Positions 24,245 through 35,634 of a DNA stretch of 64,000 bases are shown one piece after another. The DNA lies in assembly GCA_964187785.1 (NCBI GenBank), contig OZ076413.1, positions 46,812,001-46,876,000 on the forward strand, in the 5' to 3' direction. The stretch comes from Amphiscolops sp. MND2022 (Eukaryota). The notes under the pieces were generated by a model, which ran no database searches, was not told where the DNA came from, and saw nothing but the letters and a program-made list of their open reading frames with translations. Within the stretch, counting starts at the first letter, position 1, and every line of letters starts with the position of its first letter. A program made the position numbers and the translations under genes.

Positions 24245-26046
24245 CAAATTTAGAACCAGGAAACAAAACTACAAACAAAGATCATATGAGGAACTTTCTG
24301 GGAAAAACATTCAAACTTGGACAAACGTTCAATTTAAATCATAAGGTTGTAACACTTCGAGATCGTTCATGCCAAAGGGTTGAAGAATAGTTCTTCGCTG
24401 TAACAGTCTAAAGGCTGAAGTCTGAAAACGGGGGTTTGAAAACGAAAAAAACCTTGAAATGTTTGATTTTTGAAATCGAATTACTTGAGGAACCATAATT
24501 TGAAAATCTGGAAATGTTTTCTCATTTAAACTTCGAAGACTTTCGAAACGAACTATTCCAACGAAGTTTCTCCAATTTAAAACTATAACTGTGTACGTTC
24601 ACTGTCAATCTGTTAACTGAAACCCTTACTCTGCTAAATCTTCACTCATAAAGAAATGAGCAGAAATCTTCTTACACCAAAAGAGGACACAGCAATAAAC
24701 CATGTGAAGCACTATTTTTTGAGGCTGGTGCAAAGCGAGATGTTTTGGTGCAAGTTTTGAAAATTAGCCATTCTAAAATTTTCATTCCAAGCAAACGTGA
24801 GATCTAACGCAATGGTCACAGCAATGATGCTTTTTAATTAGCATCGAATAAAAGAACTAACTATAGCAGTGGCGAGCTGACCAGCGAACTGACAGATTTC
24901 CAAAATCATCAATATTTTTTGACGTCAGGTTTACTCTTGGCGTTATATCCGAAGTAAATGACGTTTTACTTGGGAGGAGGCGGAAGTTCAGAATACTGCG
25001 CTATGTCCGATTTTTTGACGTTATATCCGAAATAAACTGCGTTTAACTAAGGAGGAGGCAGTTTCGAAAATTTTGCGCTATATCCGAATACTTGAGGTAA
25101 TACAGAAGTAAATTGCGTTCACTAGTTTATGCTTACAAAATTAGGGGAAAGAGAAAGAGGCCTTTAGTTTTTTGGTACAATGTAACTTTTCTTACAAATT
25201 TCCAACTAAGCCCTGTCGAATATTACTAAACAAACGTTTTGTGAGTAATGAGGACTTCTAAGTGTTTTTCGGCACTATGCGAACTACCGAGGATATATTG
25301 AAGTTTCCCGAATATTCTTTCAGTTTTTACTTTTTGCAGAGGTTTTTGGTTGCGCAAAACCATCTTTCCAATTCCAAGGGTAACCTCTGATTATTTTTCA
25401 GAGCTGTCGGGTTGTGAGAGGTTTTTCAATACACCTTTATAACTCGTTTTGAAAAATCTGAACAATCATATCGAACAAATAGTAATTCTAACCATACATA
25501 GGAAAATCCGTTGCTCGCGGACGTTGGAAACGACCACCGGAAATTTGAAATGAACAAATTTCTTTCCCAGTCAACAATTCGTCATAACGGCTATATCCAA
25601 CTTAAATTATACATCGCGGCGCTTTTTGAACAAGACGCCCGCTATGCATCAGGACATTTTCCGCCTTCAATTGACAAACAAACGACGCTTAATCGAAAGT
25701 CTACATCCTTGGAAAAACGCAATTTACTTCGCATATAACTTCAAAATTCGGATATAGCGCAATATTTTTGAATTTTCGCTCCTCCTTAGAAAAACGCAAT
25801 TGACTTCGTAACAGCAAGTTCGGAGGCTCCTTTCATGCCGCCGAGCTAAGACCCAAACGGCAGCTCCTTTTAGAAGCATCATATTATAAAAACGCAATTT
25901 ACTTCGTGGCAGCTTCAATTTACTTCGTGGAAGCTTCTTTTATAAGAACCAGCCGGGAGATTATAAAAAGTTGGCAGAATTTGGAGAACAAAACGCAAAA
26001 CAGATCATGATTTTTCTCCACCTTTTATGTGGGCGGAAGATAACAA

Positions 26047-27048
26047 AATCGCGACATGAAAAAGAGCGCCTCAGAGAAGCACGCCAAAGAGGCGACGATA
26101 ATTTGAAACTGGCAGAGCAACTCAACTTTAATCGAAACACTGCGTACAACAATGTTAAAGGAGAACAGTTACAGCATAAACGAGGATGTAAAATGTATCA
26201 GAAGGTAAACTATGAGATGAGTGAGTTTATTGTAGAGATCCTGGAAGAGAACTGGAAGAGAAAACGGTAGCCAATTTGAATGTGGAGCTGCAAAGACGAT
26301 ATCCAAAATAGTCAAAAATCTGTGACAAGATATTATCTAAAGCATCTACGGTGGAGTTTATTTTAAAATTGAACAACGATTCGCCAGGTGGCACAAAAGT
26401 AGCCAGAAGTGAACATTTGGACTGGATTACGAGCCAGGAATTGTAAGTTTCACGAAGGTTCACATAGATGAATTCAGATGAAACGGAGCTTCGGACGATC
26501 AAGGAGAGGTAATAGGTCATTTAGAGTTGCGTCTAGGTAGTCTTGTACGAACGTTACTGTATGCGCAGCTTTTAGCTCCGCTCATGGCTTGATGCACTAT
26601 ATTGTCCTTCCATGTCGAATAAAACAAGACTTTGTTGCTTCCAGATGGAATTAGGTGCAAACGTTATTGCTGATCATGGGTTGACTCAAGGTGTTTATAT
26701 GATGTTTCTCAACGCATCAAGCCAGCGCAACCTAGACGGCAATTTATTAGCGCCAACTCATACCATGAGAAAAAATGGAGTCTACTAAGCCTAATCCGAT
26801 AGAGAGTATTTAGAAAAACCACCGGGAAAGCCCAACGGAGGCTTTTCCTTTTGGCCGAGCAGCAAGGGTTCATTAACACAGAAGCTCACTGAGAAAGCGA
26901 TGAAACTTCAGTTCAATTTCGTTTCGATCGTCTGGAGGAAATTATCGATTTAAGCAGCAGAGTTGTAACAAAAAAAGTGCGCGGCCTTGCAAAAACATAG
27001 CATGACGTATCATGCTCGGTGTTTAAACATGGAAGATGTGATGTACAT
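26047..27048 (+). pseudogene. IS630/Tc1-like transposase remnant (copy 2, retains C-terminus)
   Basis: As copy 1, plus a tail KCAALQKHSMTYHARCLNMEDVMY resembling the H...Y/F.RCL..E.I end of this transposase group. Confidence 0.65.
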
Positions 27049-28329
27049 TAGCATCTTCATGTTTTGCATATCCACCCATTGTAACCCTTGTTCACTTAGA
27101 TTTTCTTTTGTTCTGTTTGACCTTCCGCTAGCAACTATTTTTACTGTGCAATTTTACATTACGATTGTTCGGAATTTTCAATACGAAATACAAAAGGTGA
27201 AATTGTGCAAATGACACTGTTTTCTCGGACCTCTGCGACTTTTTATGGAAACAGTTCTTTTCCGGTAAGACGGTACCCTTTCATTTTAAAAACGTTTTTG
27301 GCTTGAATTTTAATGGGTCCCCTTTTGGCTTTTTTTGTACTATAAGACGTTTCTGAAAGCACAAATTTCGAATATTTATCCTCAAAATTTTCAAGTAAAA
27401 ATGGGTTCCTTTAATGCAATAGTTTTGCTGAAAAAAAATCGTGTCAGTTTTCTTCGTTTTTACTTTTTTGAATAAAAACTCGTCTTTTTCCCGTATTTTC
27501 TTTATCGTGTTTTCAATCGGCGCTTCCGAAAAGTTCCCGACTCTTACTATGACTATTTTTTGCGTCAAACCACGGAGCTATTCCTTTATGTACCACTTTC
27601 TCGTACAACTGTTACTCGGTTTGGCGCCTTTTCGTGCTTTTGCAAAACAAGACTTAAAAGTTCCCCTTTTTGAATTTTTCCGCTTTGAGATTGTTTCGAA
27701 AAATATTAAATGTCTTTAAAGGGTCCCCAAAACCAGAAAGATTTTCAAACAGCCCAAAGGGTACCTCTTATTTTTTCTGAGCATTGTGAGATTTTGCCAA
27801 ATGGCTAATTTTTGTTTCTCAGTGGCCCAGCACGCCTTATCCGAACTTCAACGTTGTATCCGAAGTTAATTGCGCTTTACTAAAGAGAAGGTTGAGGTTC
27901 AAAAAGCACTCCCATGTGGCCCAGCCACAATATTCAAAAATTGGACGTTTTTTGCGGCGAAATAAATTGGGTTCTACAAAGAAAAGGTGGAGATGGCACT
28001 TCATAAGAAACATTGCGCTATAAGCGAATTTTGTGGGACTGATGAGTTTTCCTAATAGTTGTACAAAATACCTACGGCTTTTTTTCGGTACGGGGCGACT
28101 TTTTTCGAAGCAGTACTCTTTCAGTGAAAAAGTACCCCCTTCGTTTTTGGCTTGTAAAAATTGTTTTCCGTATTTACTGCGTCTTTTTTTCGGTTTTTCG
28201 GCTTTATGACCTCTTTTAAAAAAACTGGCTTTTTTTGTTGTTTTCAGTTGGAAAATAGTGGCTTTTGAGTCCTATGCGTATGCTTTCTGTAAAATCGAGA
28301 AGAGTATAACAACAGTGTAGTTTTGCATA

Positions 28330-28524
28330 AGTGCAGCATCAAATCACTGTTCACAGATCTGTACTAGCTTATTTCTTTGTAAAAGAAACTACATTTGAAG
28401 CATTAACTTTATTTCCTGAAACTTCCAACAACAATGACTAATGAAAATGCGGGTTGAAATTATCATTAGATATTTTATATGCAAAATAAGGAAAAGAATC
28501 ATCAATGATTTCAAGTATTGAACA
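28330..28524 (-). repeat. Bel/Pao 3' LTR (~195 bp)
   Basis: Starts TGTTC after purine-rich GGAAATCAAGGCGGACGATA; contains AATAAA; its distal 62 bp match 34581-34642. Confidence 0.7.
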
Positions 28525-28569
28525 TATCGTCCGCCTTGATTTCCTCTACGCAAATCAATCTAATTGCAA

Positions 28570-31500
28570 GTCAGTAGCTAGGCAGTGGAAGTTTCCGCAA
28601 TATATGAACAGCTCGGTTATATTCTCCACTCCCACTGTCTTTACTTTAACTACGCTCACAATAGAATCTAGCCTAATTTCTTGACACGTCGCAATGGCCA
28701 TTGTAAAGGTGGAACATTATCGTCAGTTATGTACACTGGATCTCCAAGCTTTAGATTGGGGACTCCATTTCTCTAATTACTTCTTTCTTGGAGACTAGCG
28801 ACAAACTCTTTCTTCCATCGCTTCCAGAAATGTGTCAATTTTGCTTGAAAACAAATCCATCATTTTTTTCGAGTTGCAATGCGAAACTGAGATTGCATCT
28901 TGACTAACTTCTACTGTTGATGGCAAAGCTTCCAACTTTTCACCCATGCAAAAATCTGCTGGAGTGAGTGGTAATTCATCTTCACGATCATTACTCAGAA
29001 AACTGATGGGGCGAGAATTCAAGGCCATATCAATCTGACAAAAAAGTGTCTGCAATTCTTCACAGTTTAGTACACATTTGCCCATGACACGTCGCAGGTG
29101 CTTTTTAGCGCTTTTTAAGGCCGCTTCCCAAAAGCCACCGAAATGAGGGGCTCTGGGAGGAACGACTGACAATCCCGCTAAAAAAGCCTGCAAAGAATCG
29201 CTATGATTGGCTACGAGTAGTTTTTGTAGCTCTTTTAGCTCTGCTTGCGCTCCAGTGAAATTCGTTCCGTTGTCGCTGAATATCCGTTTGGGACAGCCTC
29301 GGCGTGAAATAAATCTTCGTAGTACAGCAATAAATGCTTGCGAACTCAAGTCGGACACTAACTCCAAGTGCACAGCACCGCTGACAAAACAAATGAAGAG
29401 TGACTTATAAACTTTGGCCTCCTTCGAGCCTCCTGTAGTAAACAAAAATGGTCCTCCGAATTCAATGCCAACATCTTGGAATGCTCTAATTGGAACATCT
29501 ATTCTTTCCTTCGGCAAGTCATCCATCAGAGGGTTAATAGCTCTAGCTTGGAAGCGACGGCATGATGCAGTTTTTGACTATTTTTCGTATCAAGTTTCTA
29601 CAACTGGGAATCCAATATTTAGTTCTAACAAGAGCCAAAACTTCATTGGGCCCAGCATGCAATGTAGCATGAGAAGGATTCAGGATAATAGGACTGGTTA
29701 AGTTGCTGTGTTGAGAAATGAGACGTTGGTATTTAGCTTCATCGATGATTTTGCCAATAGCAAGGCGTCATCCAATACAGAGAAATTCATCAATCAGGAA
29801 GGGGAACAGTTTTTGGATTTTGTTCGAATTTTTTACTTGTGGACCAGTTTGAAGAGTTTTATTTTCATCAGAGAAGCATTTTTTCTGCTCCTGTACAAAA
29901 AGAATGTTCATGGCTTCAGTTAGCACGCTGCTTGTGATAAAACTAGGATAACTGGCTTTAAATTTACAGATAGAGATGAATCGCTAAACGTAAGCAACAT
30001 TTCGGAGAGTCCTTTTCAGTGAACGTTGCGCTGAAAAATCAATAAAATCTTCAGATTCTGCCACTTGAGACACGTTAACCAAAACTTTTCGTTTGAGTTT
30101 TCTTTCGTGGTGGGTACAACCGTTTTCTTCGGCAGTGCGCCGCAAATCGACCACTCAGGTCCCTTCTACCATAAATCTAATCGTTTCAAACTGGAAGGGT
30201 CTACTCCCCGGGATGCGCAACCCGCAGGATTTTCATGAGAAAGTATATGATTCCATTTCAAATTAGCGCATTCCTGAGTTTTTGCTATGCTATTAGTAAC
30301 AAATCTAGACCAACTATTCGCTTCTTGTTCAGCCAACTGAGAACAATGGTAAAGTCCGTCCACGCAAGTGTCTTTTCAACATTCAATTCAACACTTTGTA
30401 ATGATTTACTTACTGACATTAAATGTTGACATCCAAGTAGAGCAGCACAAAGCTCCAACCAAGGAATGGATTTTGATTTTATCGGGGCTACTTTTAATTT
30501 TGTGACAAGTAAAGTGGACCTTCGCTCACCGTTGTTCTGCGAGACTACGAAACCACAAGCTGCATAACCGAGCTCCGAAGCTTCTCAAAATACATGGAGG
30601 TCAAATATATCTAATTGCTCCTTCTCAGAACGAACCGATACAATTCGATCTTTTCAAAACAACCGAGCCTTTCGCGCCAATCCAAGTATTCCAGCCGTAA
30701 ATCAGCAGGCAATTTTTGATCCCAATCTAGTTTTGCAATCCAAATTTTCTGCATCAGACACTTCAGGTAAATTATGACCGATGTTAACTAACCAAGTGTT
30801 TGTGCAATATCACTCAGCATTTGGCGTTTTGTGATTGATTCTGACTTCAAGGATTTTGATCTAGTAGAAATGGTGAAGCAAAACTTATCAGACGAAGGGT
30901 TCCAAAGAATTCCCAATGACTTTGTGTGTTCTTCGTCTAGAAACTTGAAATTTTCATTTGCTTCCCTGTACTCAGGTGGGAGACTTAGAACAAGTTAGTT
31001 CTGGGTCACTACTCATCCACTTCCCCAAGTCAAACTGAGCTTGCTTTAGAATAGGAATTAAACCAATTTGAAGTTTTGCTTTTGATGCAGAACTAGCGCC
31101 AGTCGAAATGTCATCAACGTAAAAATCACGCTGAAGTGCTTCTTTGACTTCTTTGGGAGTTGTTCCAAAGTTTCCGCACTCTGATAAAGATCGAATGGTA
31201 TGAAAGGATGAACCATAGGTTACGCGTGTCAGTCTAAAAGTCTCAATTTCCTTTTTGCCTGAGAATCGCCAAAGTATTCGATGAAAGTCTCGATCACATT
31301 TCTGTAATTCGACTTGACGATACATTTTAGCTACGTCTGCGGACATCGCTGTCTTGAAAAAACGATATCCAACAAGAATATCGAACAAATCGTCTTGAAG
31401 TTTCGGGCCTACCTTTAGGCAATCATTCACAGAGAAACCACTTGTTGTTTTTGCACTTGCATCAAAAACAACTCGCAATTTTGTTGTGGAACTGTCTCCC

Positions 31501-33695
31501 TTAAACACGCAATGATGAGGAAGATAAAGGTTCTGAGGGTTATTCAATTCGCCATTTGGCACTTTTCCCATGTGACCTAAGTCAATAAACTCTTTTATGA
31601 AGTCTGAGTACCTTTAGTGCAACTCAGGATCACGTATCAATTTTCTTTTCAAGTTTAGAAACCGTCGCATAGCAAGGTTTTTGCTCAAACCCAGTCTGAA
31701 CTCTCCCCCTTTGAAAGGCATTCGAACGACAAATCGACCTTCGTGATTGCGTTTAGTTGTAGACGAAAAATGATCCTCACATTGGGCTTCTTAAAGAGTT
31801 AGAAGTTTGCGTTCAGGGACTTCTTCTAGCGCCCAAAACTTACTTAGAAGGGAATCAGAGGTCGGTGTCATTGTAACATGACAAGAAAAGTAATTGACTT
31901 CAAAATCAGCGATTGTCGTTTTGACGGGATTAGACACAATCCAACCAAATATCGATTCCCGCAGGTAAACACCGTTATCTTTAATACGGTTGTCCAACAT
32001 GACTTCTTCAATGACGTCTGCTCCAAGCAGAACATCAATAGCGCTAGGCACGTTAAATTGGGGATCGGCCATGTTCAGATATTGAATATGGCGCATTTGT
32101 GGAATGTCGATTTTGTTTGACGGAATGTGGTTAGTAATCTTCGATAATATAAACTTATTAAAATCAATTGAGTCGTTGAGCTTCGTTGCTAGTAACTGAT
32201 TGACTCTTTGTGTCGTACCAGCACCGAGTGGTGTCAATGTAGTGCTTGTCTTTTTGATAGGTAACATTAGTGTACGAGCTTTATCACTGGTGATAAAACT
32301 GGCTTGTGATCCGGAATCCAGCAGAGCTCGCAATTGAACTGGATTTCCTGCAGAATCGCGAATAGACACTAAAGCTGTTGCAAGAAGAATCGAAGCACGA
32401 GCACTACAATGATTATTTGTTAATGGATTCATCTGATCACTTCGAGTCCAATCGTCTTCTTTTGTCTTTGAAGACTTCGGTGAGTCAGAGTGTTTTGTGG
32501 CCAATGAAGAAGCGTGTGATGCTTTCGTTTACACTCACGATATTTGATTTTGGAAGAACACCAGGTGGCGTTATGTCCATGTTGTAAGCAATTGAAACAA
32601 ACTTGCTTGCTCTTAGCAATCTGAAAGCGTTCCCTAGCAGATATTTTCTTGAATTCGGGACATACATGTAAATTATGTTCGGATTCGCAACCAGGACAAG
32701 TAACAACAGAATACGATTGTATTCTTTTTTCCTTTCAAGGAGGCTGATTGGTGGGGTTGGGAATGCTTCTGTTAACAACAGGACCAGTTTCGAGAGCCCG
32801 ACTCCTTGTATCAAGAAATTTTGCTAATTCCGCCAAGGTGAGTAAATCAGTTCCTGGGTGATCTAATTGCCATTGCTCTCTTGACTCACTGTCCGTTTTT
32901 TCGGCAAGCCAAAAAACTAGAAGTGAATCCCAGTGTACAAACGGTTGACACAAATCAGCTAAAGGTCTTAAGTGCTCGTTTGTAGTTTCTAAATTCTTCT
33001 GGAGGCCAGATGACGACTCCATTTTCATTGAAGGTTGCGACCAAATTATTTGCAAATGTGCCTGAACAATGCTGGGTTTATTTTCGTAACGTTCCTGCAA
33101 CAGCTGCATTGCAATTGTATAATTGGTGTCTGTTATAGTAATGGAACTGATCAATTTTGCAGCGTCGCCTTCCACACAAGCACGGAGGTAATTTAATTTT
33201 TCAGAATTGGTCAACTGTGAATTGGAATCAACGGACGCCTTAAACAAATCAATAAAGGATATCCAATCAGTGTAAGAGCCTGTGAAACTTGGTAGCTCCA
33301 ATTTGGGTAAACTGAGTTTACTCGTAGTGCCACCGGAAGATTCATGGAGGGGATGTTTACTCATACTTTCCAAAGACCTATGATAATTGCTAATCGGAGC
33401 TGATAATCTAGCTACAGTGATGCTAGCGTTATGATCAAAATCAGTAGTCGTCTCCAATTCAGCGTTCGTTTTTATCTTCAATTAATAATTCTATTTCGCG
33501 ATATCAACGATGAATGTCTGATGACTTGTTTTTCACAGTACTTAATAGGGCTTCAGCTTCACATAAACGTTCACAATTATCTATTGGATGACCCAAGAAT
33601 TTATCTAAATTTCTTTCTAAACGCATGAAGGCAGCTCTATGTCCAGCACGAACTAGTATGAGTTTCATAACATCTTGTTTAGCCTCTTCAGACAT
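28570..33695 (-). pseudogene. Bel/Pao gag-pol polyprotein pseudogene
   Basis: ORFs 33504-33695, 32735-33481, 31791-32504, 30972-31571, 30166-30363 and 28795-29526. Confidence 0.92.
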
Positions 33696-34578
33696 GTTTG
33701 ATTGTTTTCTATAAAACGTCGGCAGTGAATAAATGTGATCAACTGAATATTTTAGTTAGTTGTATTGGCAGAAGCAGATAGGCCAGTGACAAATCAACGT
33801 CTAGAGACCGACCACACTACACCACCAAGAAACTACAAGCTGTCGTCGTGTTTAGTTAACACTTTTTAGACAGTTTCTCTTCTTCAATAAGCGTCTTTTA
33901 CGCTGGGATAGCTTCCGGTTATTACAGCGAGTGTTTTTTGATAAAGCTTGCAAATTACGACTGTATTGCAGGGCAATGGACAAAGATTTTAACTCAAGAC
34001 AAAAATGAGGAGGAATTTTACTTTATTCCAGTCAAAGCGAAACACTCCGCTGCTTTTTCTTTGAGAAAGTATTTTTTGTAACTCTGATATTGGGGATGCC
34101 AATTTGTCGCAGAGTGCTAAAGATATTAGGGGCTATTGTTCCATGACAGTAAAGAATTGCAGAGATTCGACATCTATGGTTTTCAAGTAATTCCACCAAG
34201 GCTTTGGGTTGGGGTAAAGAGCTTTATACCCGTTCGACTTGTGTTTTGTCAAGGCGTTTTTAAGACTATCTTGCCACAAAACAAGATTGTTTTTAATGCC
34301 CAATGATCCATTATTCAATAAGAATTGCAAAGATTTCAAGTGAAAATTGACGTTTGAGTTTAAGGACAAAGAATAAATTGCAGTAATTTCACTGGTAAGG
34401 GACGTTTTTTGCTTTTTGTTTAACTGACCAAAGGCGTGACTGAGACAACTTGCTCCCATGATGTGTATCATCAAAAAAGTTGGATTTAACTGTTATTTGG
34501 GTGAAGCTAGGAATTGCAGAATGTCTGCTTCCGTAGTATCCAATGTTTCCTGGTTCGTTTTGTCCTAGCGGACAAAAT

Positions 34579-34642
34579 TGTACAGCATCAAATCTCTGTT
34601 CACAGATCTGTACTAGCTTAGTTCTTTGTAAAAGAAACTATA
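34579..34642 (-). repeat. Bel/Pao 5' LTR remnant (outer part lost)
   Basis: Ends ...GATGCTGTACA, followed by ATTTTGTCCGC (degenerate PBS position). Confidence 0.7.
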
Positions 34643-34975
34643 TAACCTTTTTCCGAGTCCTAAGAGTGACCTGATTTTCTTTGGTATTCGGGAATAATGT
34701 GAAGTTTCCCAATAATTGTGGGAAAGACCTGTTTTTAGCGCTGTGTGAGTTTTAGAAAATCTTTGTATTGTCAAAAAGTACCCCTTCACTTTCATGAATG
34801 TTGTCGGGTTGCAAAACGTTTTGCAAAATTCAGGGGTATGCTTTTGGATATTTATACATAGACCTTTCCAAAAATAAGAAATGAAAAAAATCAAGTTTTT
34901 TCATGTTTCGAGTTACGGAAAACGCTGTTTTCGAGTCTCATGGATAGTATCTTTTCGGGTATTTTGGTACCATTA

Positions 34976-35408
34976 GAGTGCACAGGCAAGCCTTATTTGC
35001 TCAAAGCGCAACATTGTGCTTTCAATATCTCGGATTCCACGACCATACCTTTAACCGTGCAAAATTGGCAAATTACGTCATTTGTCCCGGATTCCACGGA
35101 TTTCGTTGTGGATTCCAGTAACAAATGCTTAGCTGTACGCACTGTCGCCATGCAGCGGTGTCCCGGATTCCACAAAAACGTAAGTTTTGCAAAATGAAGC
35201 AATCAGATTGCAGAAATCACAAATTTCCTGGTTTCCACAACTTTATGCTTCACGCGATACGCGGCATCTCTTCTTTATTTAAGCACTGTCGTGGAATCCA
35301 AGACACGCTTAACATCAAAGAGAAATTTTGTCCTGGATTCCACAACTTTTCTCAATTTTCGTGTCCCGGATTCCACGAAAAGCAGCAAAACAGCTTGCCT
35401 GTGCACGG
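34976..35408. mobile_element. Tc1/mariner-type MITE, 433 bp
   Basis: TA on both sides; TIR GTGCACAGGCAAGC / GCTTGCCTGTGCAC; ~8 internal GGATTCCAC-type motifs. Confidence 0.8.
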
Positions 35409-35527
35409 TAATGACAGTGAATTTGATAGGTTTCTCAATTGTGTCGCATTAAAGCTTCCTTTTTTAGGCACTTTGGAACTTTCCGCAGAAACTTTTTTCA
35501 AAAAAATTGGGTTTTTGTTGTTTACAG

Positions 35528-35616
35528 TGTTACATTGTTACCTTTTTTCAGTGTAAATGTGTTTGTGTTTATAGTGGGGCTTGATGTTCTTCCCTAGTAT
35601 TAGTGTTTTTTTTACA
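35528..35616 (+). repeat. Copia 5' LTR, internally deleted (89 bp)
   Basis: Matches only 40371-40461; abuts both the TSD and the PBS. Confidence 0.85.
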
Positions 35617-35634
35617 TGGTAGCTGAAGGTAGCG

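Larger units (their letters stand above)
14944..26995. repeat. Near-identical 6027-bp tandem duplication (14944-20970 / 20971-26995)
   Basis: Paired ORFs offset by ~6027 (16478 vs 22505; 19485 vs 25511). Both units start CATGGGCTCATTCC. A CCTTG.AAAA.CAT-like motif occurs at all three boundaries. Confidence 0.97.
28330..34642 (-). mobile_element. Decayed Bel/Pao LTR retrotransposon
   Basis: gag LPKLELPSFTGSYTDWISFIDLF, protease RALLDSGSQASFIT, RT YLPHHCVFK..STTKLRVVFDAS / FYVDD, ENPA.CASRG, integrase SDNGTNF / PRAPHFGGFWE. A 62-bp direct repeat lies at 28332-28393 and 34581-34642. Confidence 0.95.

Noticed and set aside
28332..28393. Ultra-short (62-bp) LTR pair for the Bel/Pao element
   Set aside because: A PPT-like tract and TGTTC start at 28524 indicate a ~195-bp 3' LTR. 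The 5' LTR is simply truncated, and no clean TSD flanks the 62-bp repeats.
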